DNA of 64,000 nt, taken from the NCBI GenBank assembly GCA_038060895.1, contig JBBTCT010000007.1:196023-260022 (forward strand), given 5' to 3'. Below, one piece after another: positions 37,646-46,153 of this stretch. Each line of letters begins with the position of its first letter. Positions within the stretch are counted from its first letter, which is position 1. The translations under genes and the position numbers were made by a program. Under the pieces are notes generated by a model. The model worked only from the letters and a program-made list of their open reading frames with translations. It ran no database searches and had not been told where the DNA came from. This DNA is from Planctomycetota bacterium (GTDB lineage Bacteria > Planctomycetota > MHYJ01 > WSZJ01).

Positions 37646-39499
37646 ATGAAGCGTTGTCTCGTGGTATTTCTTGCCTGCGCGGCCGCGGCCCGCGCACAGG
37701 AGGAGCCCGAACGCATCAGCCGCGCCTACGACATCCGCTTCCTGACCCAGGAAGTGGAGAATTTCAAGGGCCCCGCGGTCGGGCTGGACGAAGTCGCCGG
37801 CGGCGACGGAGCGTACGGGAGTGAAGACGAGAATGGCCCGGCTCCCGTCACAGGCGAGTTCCTCGTCGCGGCCATCACGACGAACTTCGACGAGGACTCC
37901 TGGAGCGACGAGCGCAACACGCTCCAGTACGACAGCGGCGTTCTCTACGTCACGCAGACGAAGGAAAACCACGAGAAGATCCAGAAGTACATCGACATGC
38001 TCCGGCGGCGTTTCTCGCGCCGCATCATCGTTGAGGCCGAAGTGCTGCTGCTCGCGCCGGAGGCGTTCGCGGCATCGGGCGCCCTTCCCGGCCTCCTCAC
38101 CGCGGAGCAGGACAAGGCTCTTCACGACGCCGCCGCCGATCCGGCCCGCGGCCGCCTGCTGACGCTTCTTCGCGCCGTGGCGATGAACGGCCAGCGCGTT
38201 TTTGCGGCGGACCTCAGCGAGAAATCGTATGTGCGGGATTACGACGTGGAGATCGCGCAGGACCAGGCGATCGCGGACCCGTGCCAGGGGAACCTGGTGA
38301 CGGGAGCGGTGCTCGACGTGCGCCCGATCCTGGCCAACGACCTGGGAACGGTGCTCATGGACACGAGGTTCAAGCTCGCGCGTCCGCGGGGCATTGCCCC
38401 CTTTGACCCGGCGACCGCCACGCTGGGCACGCTGGAGCTTCCCTCGCACGACGTTCTCCGCACGAGGACGACGCTCTCGATCCCTCTGGGCCGCTCCGTG
38501 CTGCTGTGCGCAGGGCCCATCGCGGGCGAGAAGGACTGGCTCGGCGCAGTCCTCCTCAGGCCGACCCTGACAGGCCAGTCCGGGACGGACGAAACCGCCT
38601 CGACCGAGAAGCGGCAGATGAGGATGTTTGACGTGTCGAGCCTGACGGCGGGAGTGAAGGACTTCCCGGGGCCGTCGCTCGAAATGAGCGGCGGATACGA
38701 CGGCGCCGACCCGTCCACGTCCTTCTCGCCGCCCCAGGACGAAGGCTCGTCCCTGTCGCCGGAACAGCTCATCGAGGCCATCCAGGACAACGTTGCGCCG
38801 GAAAGCTGGAAGAACGCCCGCAACCGGCTCTCGATCATGGGAGACCAGATCGTCGTCGTGCAGTCCCCCGCCGTGCTCGAGGAGATCGCGAAATTCATCG
38901 CCGTCGCCGCGCCGGCCCGCAACAGGATCATCGGCGTCGAGACGGTCTTCGTCGCCATGGACGACGCCGCCTGGAACGCCCGGCGCGCTTCCCTGTCGGG
39001 AGCCAGCCCCGCGGAGGAAGGCCTCAAGGACCTCCTCGCCGCAGCGCTCAAGGGAGGCGGCACCCGCATCCTCACCAGCGCCCGCGGCGTCTGCATGAGC
39101 GACCAGCGCTTCCATGTCTGGGCCGGTGGCGAATTCGCCTACGTGCAGGATTACGACGTCGAGATCGCCGAAAAAGCCGCCGCTTCCGATCCCGTCATCG
39201 GGCTCCTCACGACCGGCTGCGTCCTCGATATCCGACCGACCCTCGCGGGGGACGGGAAGCGGCTGCACCTGGAGCTCAGGCCGGCTTACAACGCTTCGCC
39301 AGGCCCCGAGACCTTCGACCCGAAGGCTGTGAACATCGGAAAGCTTCACAAAATCCGGGCGTCGATCTTCGCAGTCCAGGCGCAGATGTACGTGACGGAC
39401 GGGGCATGGGCCCTGGCCGGCGTGGCGACCAGCGGCGCGGGCGGAAAGCGCGAGACGCTGGCTATGGTCGTCCGGGCTCGCTCGATGGAGGTGAAATAA
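37646..39499 (+). CDS. Secreted protein with two tandem secretin-like modules (paralogue 1)
   Basis: Signal peptide; two copies of an N3-like segment plus Y(V)xDYDVEIA..A..DP.....G..LD(V/I)RP beta-rich segment. Confidence 0.7.
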   Translation: MKRCLVVFLACAAAARAQEEPERISRAYDIRFLTQEVENFKGPAVGLDEVAGGDGAYGSEDENGPAPVTGEFLVAAITTNFDEDSWSDERNTLQYDSGVLYVTQTKENHEKIQKYIDMLRRRFSRRIIVEAEVLLLAPEAFAASGALPGLLTAEQDKALHDAAADPARGRLLTLLRAVAMNGQRVFAADLSEKSYVRDYDVEIAQDQAIADPCQGNLVTGAVLDVRPILANDLGTVLMDTRFKLARPRGIAPFDPATATLGTLELPSHDVLRTRTTLSIPLGRSVLLCAGPIAGEKDWLGAVLLRPTLTGQSGTDETASTEKRQMRMFDVSSLTAGVKDFPGPSLEMSGGYDGADPSTSFSPPQDEGSSLSPEQLIEAIQDNVAPESWKNARNRLSIMGDQIVVVQSPAVLEEIAKFIAVAAPARNRIIGVETVFVAMDDAAWNARRASLSGASPAEEGLKDLLAAALKGGGTRILTSARGVCMSDQRFHVWAGGEFAYVQDYDVEIAEKAAASDPVIGLLTTGCVLDIRPTLAGDGKRLHLELRPAYNASPGPETFDPKAVNIGKLHKIRASIFAVQAQMYVTDGAWALAGVATSGAGGKRETLAMVVRARSMEVK

Positions 39500-39500
39500 C

Positions 39501-41369
39501 ATGAAACGCACACTTACGTTCTTCCTGGCCGTGGCCTGCACTGCGGCGGCGGAAGAGAAGTCGTTGATGCACATGTACAACGTCAGCGCGCTCACCGTGA
39601 AGATCACGAACTTCCGCGGGCGCGAGCTGGGATTCGGAGGGCTCTCGGACGGTTCCGACATGGGCGCGATAGGGATCGGAACTTCCGGCGGCGAGGAGGA
39701 AGGCACGGCGATCCCCGGCGAGGACCTGAAGCTGCTGATCTCGCAGAACGTCGCCGTGGGAACGTGGGATTCGCCGCCGCATTCGATCGAGTACTACAAC
39801 GGCTCGCTGATCGTGGTCCACACGCCGGCCGTGCACGAACTGGTGAAGAAGTTCCTGGAGGTCCTGCGCAGCCGGGCCTACAAGACGGTCATCATCGAAG
39901 CGGACGTGGTGGAACTGGCGCCGGGCGTCCTGGAAACGGCGGCAGGGACGGTGCTCACGGAAGAACAGCTGAAAGCCGTGGATGCCGCCGCCTCGGACCC
40001 GGCCAGGGGACGCCGGCTCGCGACGCTGCGCGCCTGCGGCCTCAACACGCAGCGCTTCAATGCGAGCGCCCGCGGCCAGGAGTCGCACGTGCGTGATTAC
40101 GACATTGAGATCGCGCAGCATGCGGCGATTGCCGACCCCGTGATCGGAATCGCCGAGACGGGGTACACCCTGGACGTCCTTCCGACCGTCTCCCTGGACG
40201 AATCGCTGATCCTCCTCACCGCACGGTTCTCATGCGGCGAGTCGGTCGCCATGCGGGAATTCCAGCCCGGGGGAACTTACCTCGGGACGATCGAACAGCC
40301 GGACCAGGCTGCCGCCCGGACACGGACGACGCTGGTCATCCCCGCAGGCAAGTCCGCCGTCCTGTCCTCCGCCGGGTACAGCGGAACCGCCAAGGGCTGG
40401 GCCCAGGTCGTGATTCTCCGGGCGTCCATCGCCGGCGAGGCCTCGCTTCCGTTCCCCGCCGCCGCCAAGCCCGTGCAGTGCCGGTTGCTCGACACACGTG
40501 CGATCCTCACCCGCGCTCCTGATTTTCCGGGCCCGCGCCTGGGCGGAATCCACGTCGGCGAAGGCAGCAGCGGCCCGACGACGACGTTCGTGCCGCCGGA
40601 ATCCGAAACCGGCGTGCTGGTCACGCCCGAACAGCTGGAAACGATGATCAAGCAGAACGTCACCGCCGGCGCCTGGCTCGAGCGGGAAGGCGAGGTCGCC
40701 ATCGCCCTCACCGGGAACCAGCAGCTCATCGTCTGTCACGAGGCGGTAGTCCTCGCCCAGGTCGAAGCCCTCCTGGGCCGCCTCATGGCCTCCCGCTCCC
40801 GCATCGTGTCCGTCGATTCCTGGGTCGTCGCTCTCGACCCGACCGCCTGGCGCGAACGGCGCACGGCGCTTTCGGGGGAGATTGCGGAAGCGGCGTGGGC
40901 GGAGCTGCTGGACGCGGCGGCGAAAGGCAACGGCGCGCGTGTCGTCGGCCGCGCGAGCGCCGCGGGCCTGAACGGCACCCGCTTCCACACGGCCCGCGGG
41001 GTCATGCACTCGCTGGTCATGGATCACGATGTCGAGATTGCGGAGTCAGCCAGCTCTCTCGACCCGGTGGGCGGCGTCGTCGCCGAAGGGATCTCGCTGG
41101 ACGTCACGCCCGCCTCGGTGGGCGACAGCGGCCAGATCCAGCTCGACCTCCGGCCGACCGTCGTCATCGGAGGCGAGCCGAAGGAGTTTCTTCTCAAGGA
41201 CAAGCTCGGCAAAGTGCAGGGAACTTCGCTGGCGGATTTTGGCGTCCGCACCCAGATGCTCGTGGACGCCGGCAAGCCGGCGCTCGTCGGGATCGGGTCG
41301 CGGGAAGACGGCGGAAAGTCGGAAGTCCTGCTGATGTTCGTGAAAGCGACGATCATCGACGTGAAGTGA
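39501..41369 (+). CDS. Secreted protein with two tandem secretin-like modules (paralogue 2)
   Basis: Same architecture: HVRDYDIEIAQHAAIADP...GYTLDVLP and LVMDHDVEIAE...DP...GISLDVTP. Confidence 0.7.
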   Translation: MKRTLTFFLAVACTAAAEEKSLMHMYNVSALTVKITNFRGRELGFGGLSDGSDMGAIGIGTSGGEEEGTAIPGEDLKLLISQNVAVGTWDSPPHSIEYYNGSLIVVHTPAVHELVKKFLEVLRSRAYKTVIIEADVVELAPGVLETAAGTVLTEEQLKAVDAAASDPARGRRLATLRACGLNTQRFNASARGQESHVRDYDIEIAQHAAIADPVIGIAETGYTLDVLPTVSLDESLILLTARFSCGESVAMREFQPGGTYLGTIEQPDQAAARTRTTLVIPAGKSAVLSSAGYSGTAKGWAQVVILRASIAGEASLPFPAAAKPVQCRLLDTRAILTRAPDFPGPRLGGIHVGEGSSGPTTTFVPPESETGVLVTPEQLETMIKQNVTAGAWLEREGEVAIALTGNQQLIVCHEAVVLAQVEALLGRLMASRSRIVSVDSWVVALDPTAWRERRTALSGEIAEAAWAELLDAAAKGNGARVVGRASAAGLNGTRFHTARGVMHSLVMDHDVEIAESASSLDPVGGVVAEGISLDVTPASVGDSGQIQLDLRPTVVIGGEPKEFLLKDKLGKVQGTSLADFGVRTQMLVDAGKPALVGIGSREDGGKSEVLLMFVKATIIDVK

Positions 41370-41386
41370 CGGCCGAAGACGAGTTC

Positions 41387-41420
41387 ACGGGGGCCGCGGA
41401 AGCGCGGCCCCCGTTTTTTT
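41387..41420 (+). terminator. Intrinsic terminator
   Basis: acgggggccgcg-gaag-cgcggcccccgt followed by a T run. Confidence 0.9.
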
Positions 41421-41574
41421 GTCTTTTGCAGAAAGTTAGCCTGGAATAACTTTGTCCGCTGCGCTGTTATGATTCCTGTCCGTCGTGGCCCTTCGCCTCG
41501 CCCTGAGGACTCCCTCACGGCAAGCCGGGCGGCCGTGACCATCCGACGTTCACCCGCCCGACCTGGAGGCCATC

Positions 41575-42261
41575 ATGATCCGCATCCGCCGCTCGGAAGA
41601 CCGCGGCCACGCCGACCACGGCTGGCTCGACGCACGCCACACCTTTTCTTTCGCCGATTACTACGACGAAGACCACATGAGCTTCCGCGCCCTCCGCGTC
41701 ATCAACGAGGACAAGGTCGCCCCCGGCGCCGGCTTCCCCACCCACCCGCACCGGGACATGGAAATCCTCACCTGGCCCCTCGAGGGCGCCATCGCCCACA
41801 AGGACTCCACCGGCGGCAACGGCGTCATCCGCCCCGGCGAAATGCAGCACATGTCCGCGGGAAGCGGCGTCCGTCATTCCGAGTACAACGCTTCCGACAA
41901 GGAAGCGCTGCACCTGCTCCAGATCTGGCTCGTGCCGGAGACGAAGGGAATCACTCCGTCCTACGAGCAGAAGGCATTTCCGGGAAGAGGGCTCGTCCTC
42001 GCCGCGTCGCGGGATGCTCGTGAAGGATCGCTCAAGATCCACCAGGACGCCGAGGTGTGGGTCGCGAGGCTGAAGAAGGGCGAGGAGACGACGCTAGCAC
42101 TGAAGCCGGGACGCTACGCCTGGGTCCAGGCCGCGAAAGGCGAGATTGCCGTGAACGGCGAAAAGCTCGCTCAGGGCGACGGCGCCGCGGTGTCGGACGA
42201 GAAAGAATTACTGCTCAAGGGCGGGAGCGAGTGCGAGGCCATCGTGTTCGATCTGAAATGA
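41575..42261 (+). CDS. Pirin family protein (YhhW-like)
   Basis: HGWLDARHTFSFADY, GFPTHPHRDMEI, MSAGSGVRHSEYN, LQIW. Confidence 0.95.
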   Translation: MIRIRRSEDRGHADHGWLDARHTFSFADYYDEDHMSFRALRVINEDKVAPGAGFPTHPHRDMEILTWPLEGAIAHKDSTGGNGVIRPGEMQHMSAGSGVRHSEYNASDKEALHLLQIWLVPETKGITPSYEQKAFPGRGLVLAASRDAREGSLKIHQDAEVWVARLKKGEETTLALKPGRYAWVQAAKGEIAVNGEKLAQGDGAAVSDEKELLLKGGSECEAIVFDLK

Positions 42262-42276
42262 AGAGCCGGCTCCGCC

Positions 42277-42371
42277 GACGCTGAAAGGCGCAGAAACGAC
42301 TCGCTGAAAAGCGCTGTCAGGCCAGGACCAACAGCGCCCTTCTGCGGGCTGTTTCAGCGCGTTTCAGCGTC
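42277..42371. repeat. Imperfect inverted repeat between convergent genes
   Basis: gacgctgaaa...tttcagcgtc with internal gctgaaa/tttcagc units. Confidence 0.6.
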
Positions 42372-42381
42372 CCGGCTTTTT

Positions 42382-42897
42382 TCACTTCAGCTCCTTCGCC
42401 GCCGCCTTCCCACCCTCTGTCTCCGCCGCCCACTTCGCAACCTCGGCGTAGACCTGAAGCCTCCGCTCCCGCTCATCCAGTCGCGCCGCGATCGCCACCC
42501 CGATCTCCGCAGCGCGCTCTTGCAACCGCGAGCCCTTGCCGCTCCACTTCAGACAGAGGGAGCACGCCTTCCACGCGTCTTCCCAGTTCTTGAGGCGATA
42601 CCGCGCAATGGCAAGGTTGAAAGCCGTGTCGGCGCCTGGCTCGTTTTCGAGCGCCCAGGCCAGGTGTCTTTCGGCGAGCCCGGGTTCGTCGAGGTCGAGC
42701 AGAACGGAACCCAATTCGGCGCGCACCTCGGCCGTCCCGTCGCCTGCTTCAACCGCCGCCTCCAGCACCCGGCGCGCGCCCGCGGAGTCACCGGAATGAC
42801 GACGGGCAACCGCCTCCTCCAGCGCCGTCCCCGATGGTTCGCCGGAACTTGCAGGAAGGGCGGCCACCGCCAGAACCGCAAGGATGAGTCCCTTCAT
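42382..42897 (-). CDS. Secreted TPR protein
   Basis: Signal peptide MKGLILAVLAVAALPASS; TPR-like helices (TAFNLAIARYRLKNWEDA). Confidence 0.7.
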   Translation of the reverse strand: MKGLILAVLAVAALPASSGEPSGTALEEAVARRHSGDSAGARRVLEAAVEAGDGTAEVRAELGSVLLDLDEPGLAERHLAWALENEPGADTAFNLAIARYRLKNWEDAWKACSLCLKWSGKGSRLQERAAEIGVAIAARLDERERRLQVYAEVAKWAAETEGGKAAAKELK

Positions 42898-42949
42898 GGG
42901 CCGGCTCCTTTGACGCCCTGCGTCAACACGGTTAGAGTCCGCCCCCATT

Positions 42950-43519
42950 ATGCGCGAAGATACCCTCCAGCAGTTTTGTGAAAAGCTGTCCGCGAAGACG
43001 CCGACGCCCGGTGGGGGCTCAGTCGCCGCGCTCTCCGGGGCGCTCGCCTGTTCCCTCGGGTCGATGGTCGCGCGGTTCTCCAAAGACGACGCCACCGCGC
43101 AGAAATGGGACAAGCAGCGGGACCGCTTCCTCGACCTGATCCTCGAGGATTCGCAGGCGTACGACGGGGTGTCGGCGGTGTTCAAGCTCGCGAAGGACGA
43201 CCCTGCGCGGCCGGGGCGGATGCAGGAGGCCCTTTTGAAGGCCGCCGCGCCGCCGGCCGAGGGGCTGCGGCTGATCACGGCATTCATCGCGGAGCTGGCG
43301 GAGTTCGCGCCGAAGGCCAAGGGGTCGGTCGCGAGCGACCTCGCAGTGTCGGCGTACGAGTCGGAGGCGGCGGCGCGCGGGTTCATGCTGAACGTCCGTG
43401 CGAACACGTCGATGCTGAAGGACAAAGCGGTGGCGGCGCCGCTCGAAGCGGAGGGCGCCAGGAATCTTGAAGCGCTTCTCGCCGGGACAAAACGTGTTCG
43501 CGAGGTGGTGAATGGGTAG
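42950..43519 (+). CDS. fchA: Cyclodeaminase/cyclohydrolase family protein (methenyl-THF cyclohydrolase FchA-like)
   Basis: TPTPGGGSVAALSGAL...MVAR, NVRAN; directly upstream of fhs. Confidence 0.85.
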   Translation: MREDTLQQFCEKLSAKTPTPGGGSVAALSGALACSLGSMVARFSKDDATAQKWDKQRDRFLDLILEDSQAYDGVSAVFKLAKDDPARPGRMQEALLKAAAPPAEGLRLITAFIAELAEFAPKAKGSVASDLAVSAYESEAAARGFMLNVRANTSMLKDKAVAAPLEAEGARNLEALLAGTKRVREVVNG

Positions 43520-45215
43520 CAGCGACCTCGAGATCAGCCGGAGCGCGAAGCTGGAGCCGATCGGGAAGCTTGCGGAGAAATTCGGTTTCCGCGAGGAGGA
43601 AGTCGAGCCGTACGGGCGGACGAAGGCGAAGATCCGGCTGGAATCGGAAAAGCGCCTCGGGCCGCCGAAGGCGAAAATGGTCGTCGTCACGGCGATCACG
43701 CCGACGCCGCTGGGCGAAGGCAAGACCGTCACGACCGTCGGGCTTGGGCAGGCTCTTCGGCACATCGGTGTGAACGCCTGGACGTGCATCCGGCAGCCGT
43801 CCGCGGGGCCGGTGTTCGGGATCAAGGGCGGCGCGGCGGGGGGCGGGCGCTCGCAGGTCGTGCCGATGGAGGACATCAATCTCCACCTGACGGGCGACAT
43901 CCATGCGGTCGCCATCGCGCACAACCTGCTGTCGGCGTTCGTGGATAACCACCTGAACCACGGGAACGCGCTCAAGATCGACCCGGACAGCATCCTCTGG
44001 GGGCGCGTCGTGGACGTGAACGACCGCGCACTGCGGAAGGTGCTCGTCGGGCTCTCGGAGGACTGCGGGCCAATCCGCCACTCGCGCTTCGACATCGCCG
44101 TTGCGAGCGAAGTCATGGCGGTCCTCGCGCTGGCGTCGTCGCCCAGGGACCTGCGCGACCGCCTGGCACGGATGATCGTCGGGTACCGCGAGGGGGACAA
44201 CGGCAAGCCGGTCCCGGCGACCGCGGGCGATCTCAAGTGCGCCGGCGCGATGGCCGCGCTCCTGCGCGAGGCCCTGCGCCCGAACCTCATGCAGAACATG
44301 GAAGGCGGCCCGGCGTTCGTCCACTGCGGTCCCTTCGGCAACATCGCTCACGGCAACTCGTCCATCGTCGCAGACCGCATCGCAGCGCGCCTGGGCGACG
44401 TCGTCGTGACGGAAGCGGGATTCGGGAGCGACCTTGGGTTCGAGAAGTTCATCCACGTGAAGACGGCGGCGGGCGGCATCCCCGCGAACGCCGCCGTCGT
44501 CGTCTGCACCTGCCGGGCCCTCAAGGCTCACTCGGGTCTCTTCAAGGTGAAGCCCGGCGTCCCGCTCGACCCGCTTCTCGCCAACGAAAACCTCGACGCG
44601 CTCGAAAAGGGCATCGCGAATCTCGGTCACCACATTCGAAATGTTGCGGGGTTCGGCATCCCCGCCGTCGTCGCCATCAACCGCTTCCCCGGCGATTCGG
44701 ATCGCGAAATCGAGCGCATCCGGAAGTACGCGCTCGCCAACGGCGCCACCGACGCGGTGGAGTCGCAGGTGCATGCGAAGGGCGGACCGGGAGGCGCCGA
44801 GCTTGCGAAAGCGGTGATGAAAGCGGCCGGAGAAGGCCGGACGGCGAAGCCGCACTTTGCGCCCGACGCAACGGTAGAGGAGAAGATCCGGGCTGTTGCC
44901 GCGAAAGTTTACCGCGCGAAGGACGTCGCATTCGCGCCGGCGGCGCGGGCGACACTGAAGAAACTCGCGAAGGACGGGCTGGACCGCCTCGCAGTCTGCA
45001 TGGCCAAAACGCACCTCTCGACGTCCCACGACCCTGAACTGAAAGGCGCGCCGGAGGGATTCACGCTGCCGGTCCGGGAAATCCGGATCAGCGCGGGAGC
45101 GGGATTCGTCGTGCCGCTCTGCGGCGACGTCACCACGATGCCGGGATTGCCGTCCCGCCCCGCCGGGGAACGCATCGACATCGACGACGACGGGAATGTC
45201 ACGGGGCTCGCGTGA
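43512..45215 (+). CDS. fhs: Formate--tetrahydrofolate ligase
   Basis: TPTPLGEGKT, GIKGGAAGGG, NLHLTGDIHA, GPFGNIAHG, TEAGFGSDLG, TMPGLP. Confidence 0.97.
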   Translation: MGSSDLEISRSAKLEPIGKLAEKFGFREEEVEPYGRTKAKIRLESEKRLGPPKAKMVVVTAITPTPLGEGKTVTTVGLGQALRHIGVNAWTCIRQPSAGPVFGIKGGAAGGGRSQVVPMEDINLHLTGDIHAVAIAHNLLSAFVDNHLNHGNALKIDPDSILWGRVVDVNDRALRKVLVGLSEDCGPIRHSRFDIAVASEVMAVLALASSPRDLRDRLARMIVGYREGDNGKPVPATAGDLKCAGAMAALLREALRPNLMQNMEGGPAFVHCGPFGNIAHGNSSIVADRIAARLGDVVVTEAGFGSDLGFEKFIHVKTAAGGIPANAAVVVCTCRALKAHSGLFKVKPGVPLDPLLANENLDALEKGIANLGHHIRNVAGFGIPAVVAINRFPGDSDREIERIRKYALANGATDAVESQVHAKGGPGGAELAKAVMKAAGEGRTAKPHFAPDATVEEKIRAVAAKVYRAKDVAFAPAARATLKKLAKDGLDRLAVCMAKTHLSTSHDPELKGAPEGFTLPVREIRISAGAGFVVPLCGDVTTMPGLPSRPAGERIDIDDDGNVTGLA

Positions 45216-46087
45216 GCGCGCTTCTCCTCGACGGCCATGTCTTCGCCGGCGAAATCCTCGCGAAGGTCAAGATCGACGCGAAGGCGCTTCGGGACTCCGG
45301 CCGCCCCGCCCACCTTGCCGCGCTCATCGTGGGTCATGCCGGAGCCAGCGAGGTCTACCTCCGGAACCAGAAGAAGGCGTGTGCGGAAGCGGACGTCGAC
45401 TTCGAGCTGCACCAGCTTGCGGAGACGGTGACGGAACCGGAGGCGATCACCGAACTGGGCCGGCTGAATGCCGACCCGAAGGTCACGGGGATCATCCTGC
45501 ACCAGCCACTCCCGCCCCACATCGACGAGCGACGGATGCGGGAAGCGCTGGACCCTGCGAAGGACGTGGAGTCGATGACGCCCGCCAATTTCGGGCGGCT
45601 GGTGATGGGGCAATTCACGATTGCGCCGTCAACGGCGTCTGCGGCGCTTGAGATGGCGCGGCGCGCGCGGCCGGACATGACGGGGCTGGAATGCGTCATC
45701 ATCGGCCATTCTGAAATCGTCGGGAAGCCGCTGGCGCTTCTCCTTCTTCAGTCCGCACGCAACTCCCCCACCGTCACGACCTGCCACATCGCGACGCGCG
45801 ACCTGCGGCTTCACACGTTGCGCGCGGACCTGCTCTTCGTCGCCGCGGGCGTGCCGGGCCTGGTCAAACGCGACATGGTGAAGCCGGGTGCGACGGTGAT
45901 CGACATCGGGATCAACCGTGTGAAAGGTGCGGACGGGAAGACGCGGACGGTCGGAGATGTGGAGCCGGGAGTCGCCGATGTCGCGGCGCACCTTTCTCCC
46001 GTGCCCGGCGGCGTCGGGCCTATCACAGTCGCCGTGCTCCTGCGCAATAGCGTTCAGCTCGCGCAGCGCAGCAACCCCACGCGCTGA
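45212..46087 (+). CDS. folD: Methylene-THF dehydrogenase (FolD family)
   Basis: SEIVGKP, VTTCH, VIDIGINR, PVPGGVGP. Confidence 0.95.
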   Translation: MSALLLDGHVFAGEILAKVKIDAKALRDSGRPAHLAALIVGHAGASEVYLRNQKKACAEADVDFELHQLAETVTEPEAITELGRLNADPKVTGIILHQPLPPHIDERRMREALDPAKDVESMTPANFGRLVMGQFTIAPSTASAALEMARRARPDMTGLECVIIGHSEIVGKPLALLLLQSARNSPTVTTCHIATRDLRLHTLRADLLFVAAGVPGLVKRDMVKPGATVIDIGINRVKGADGKTRTVGDVEPGVADVAAHLSPVPGGVGPITVAVLLRNSVQLAQRSNPTR

Positions 46088-46096
46088 GCGCGCGGG

Positions 46097-46135
46097 AAAA
46101 TAAAAGCGGGGCCAGGCTTTTCAGCCCGGCCCCGC
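46097..46135 (-). terminator. Intrinsic terminator between convergent genes
   Basis: gcggggccaggct/agcccggccccgc stem with preceding A-rich tract (U tail on minus strand). Confidence 0.75.
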
Positions 46136-46153
46136 GTCAATCGACTGGAAGGA

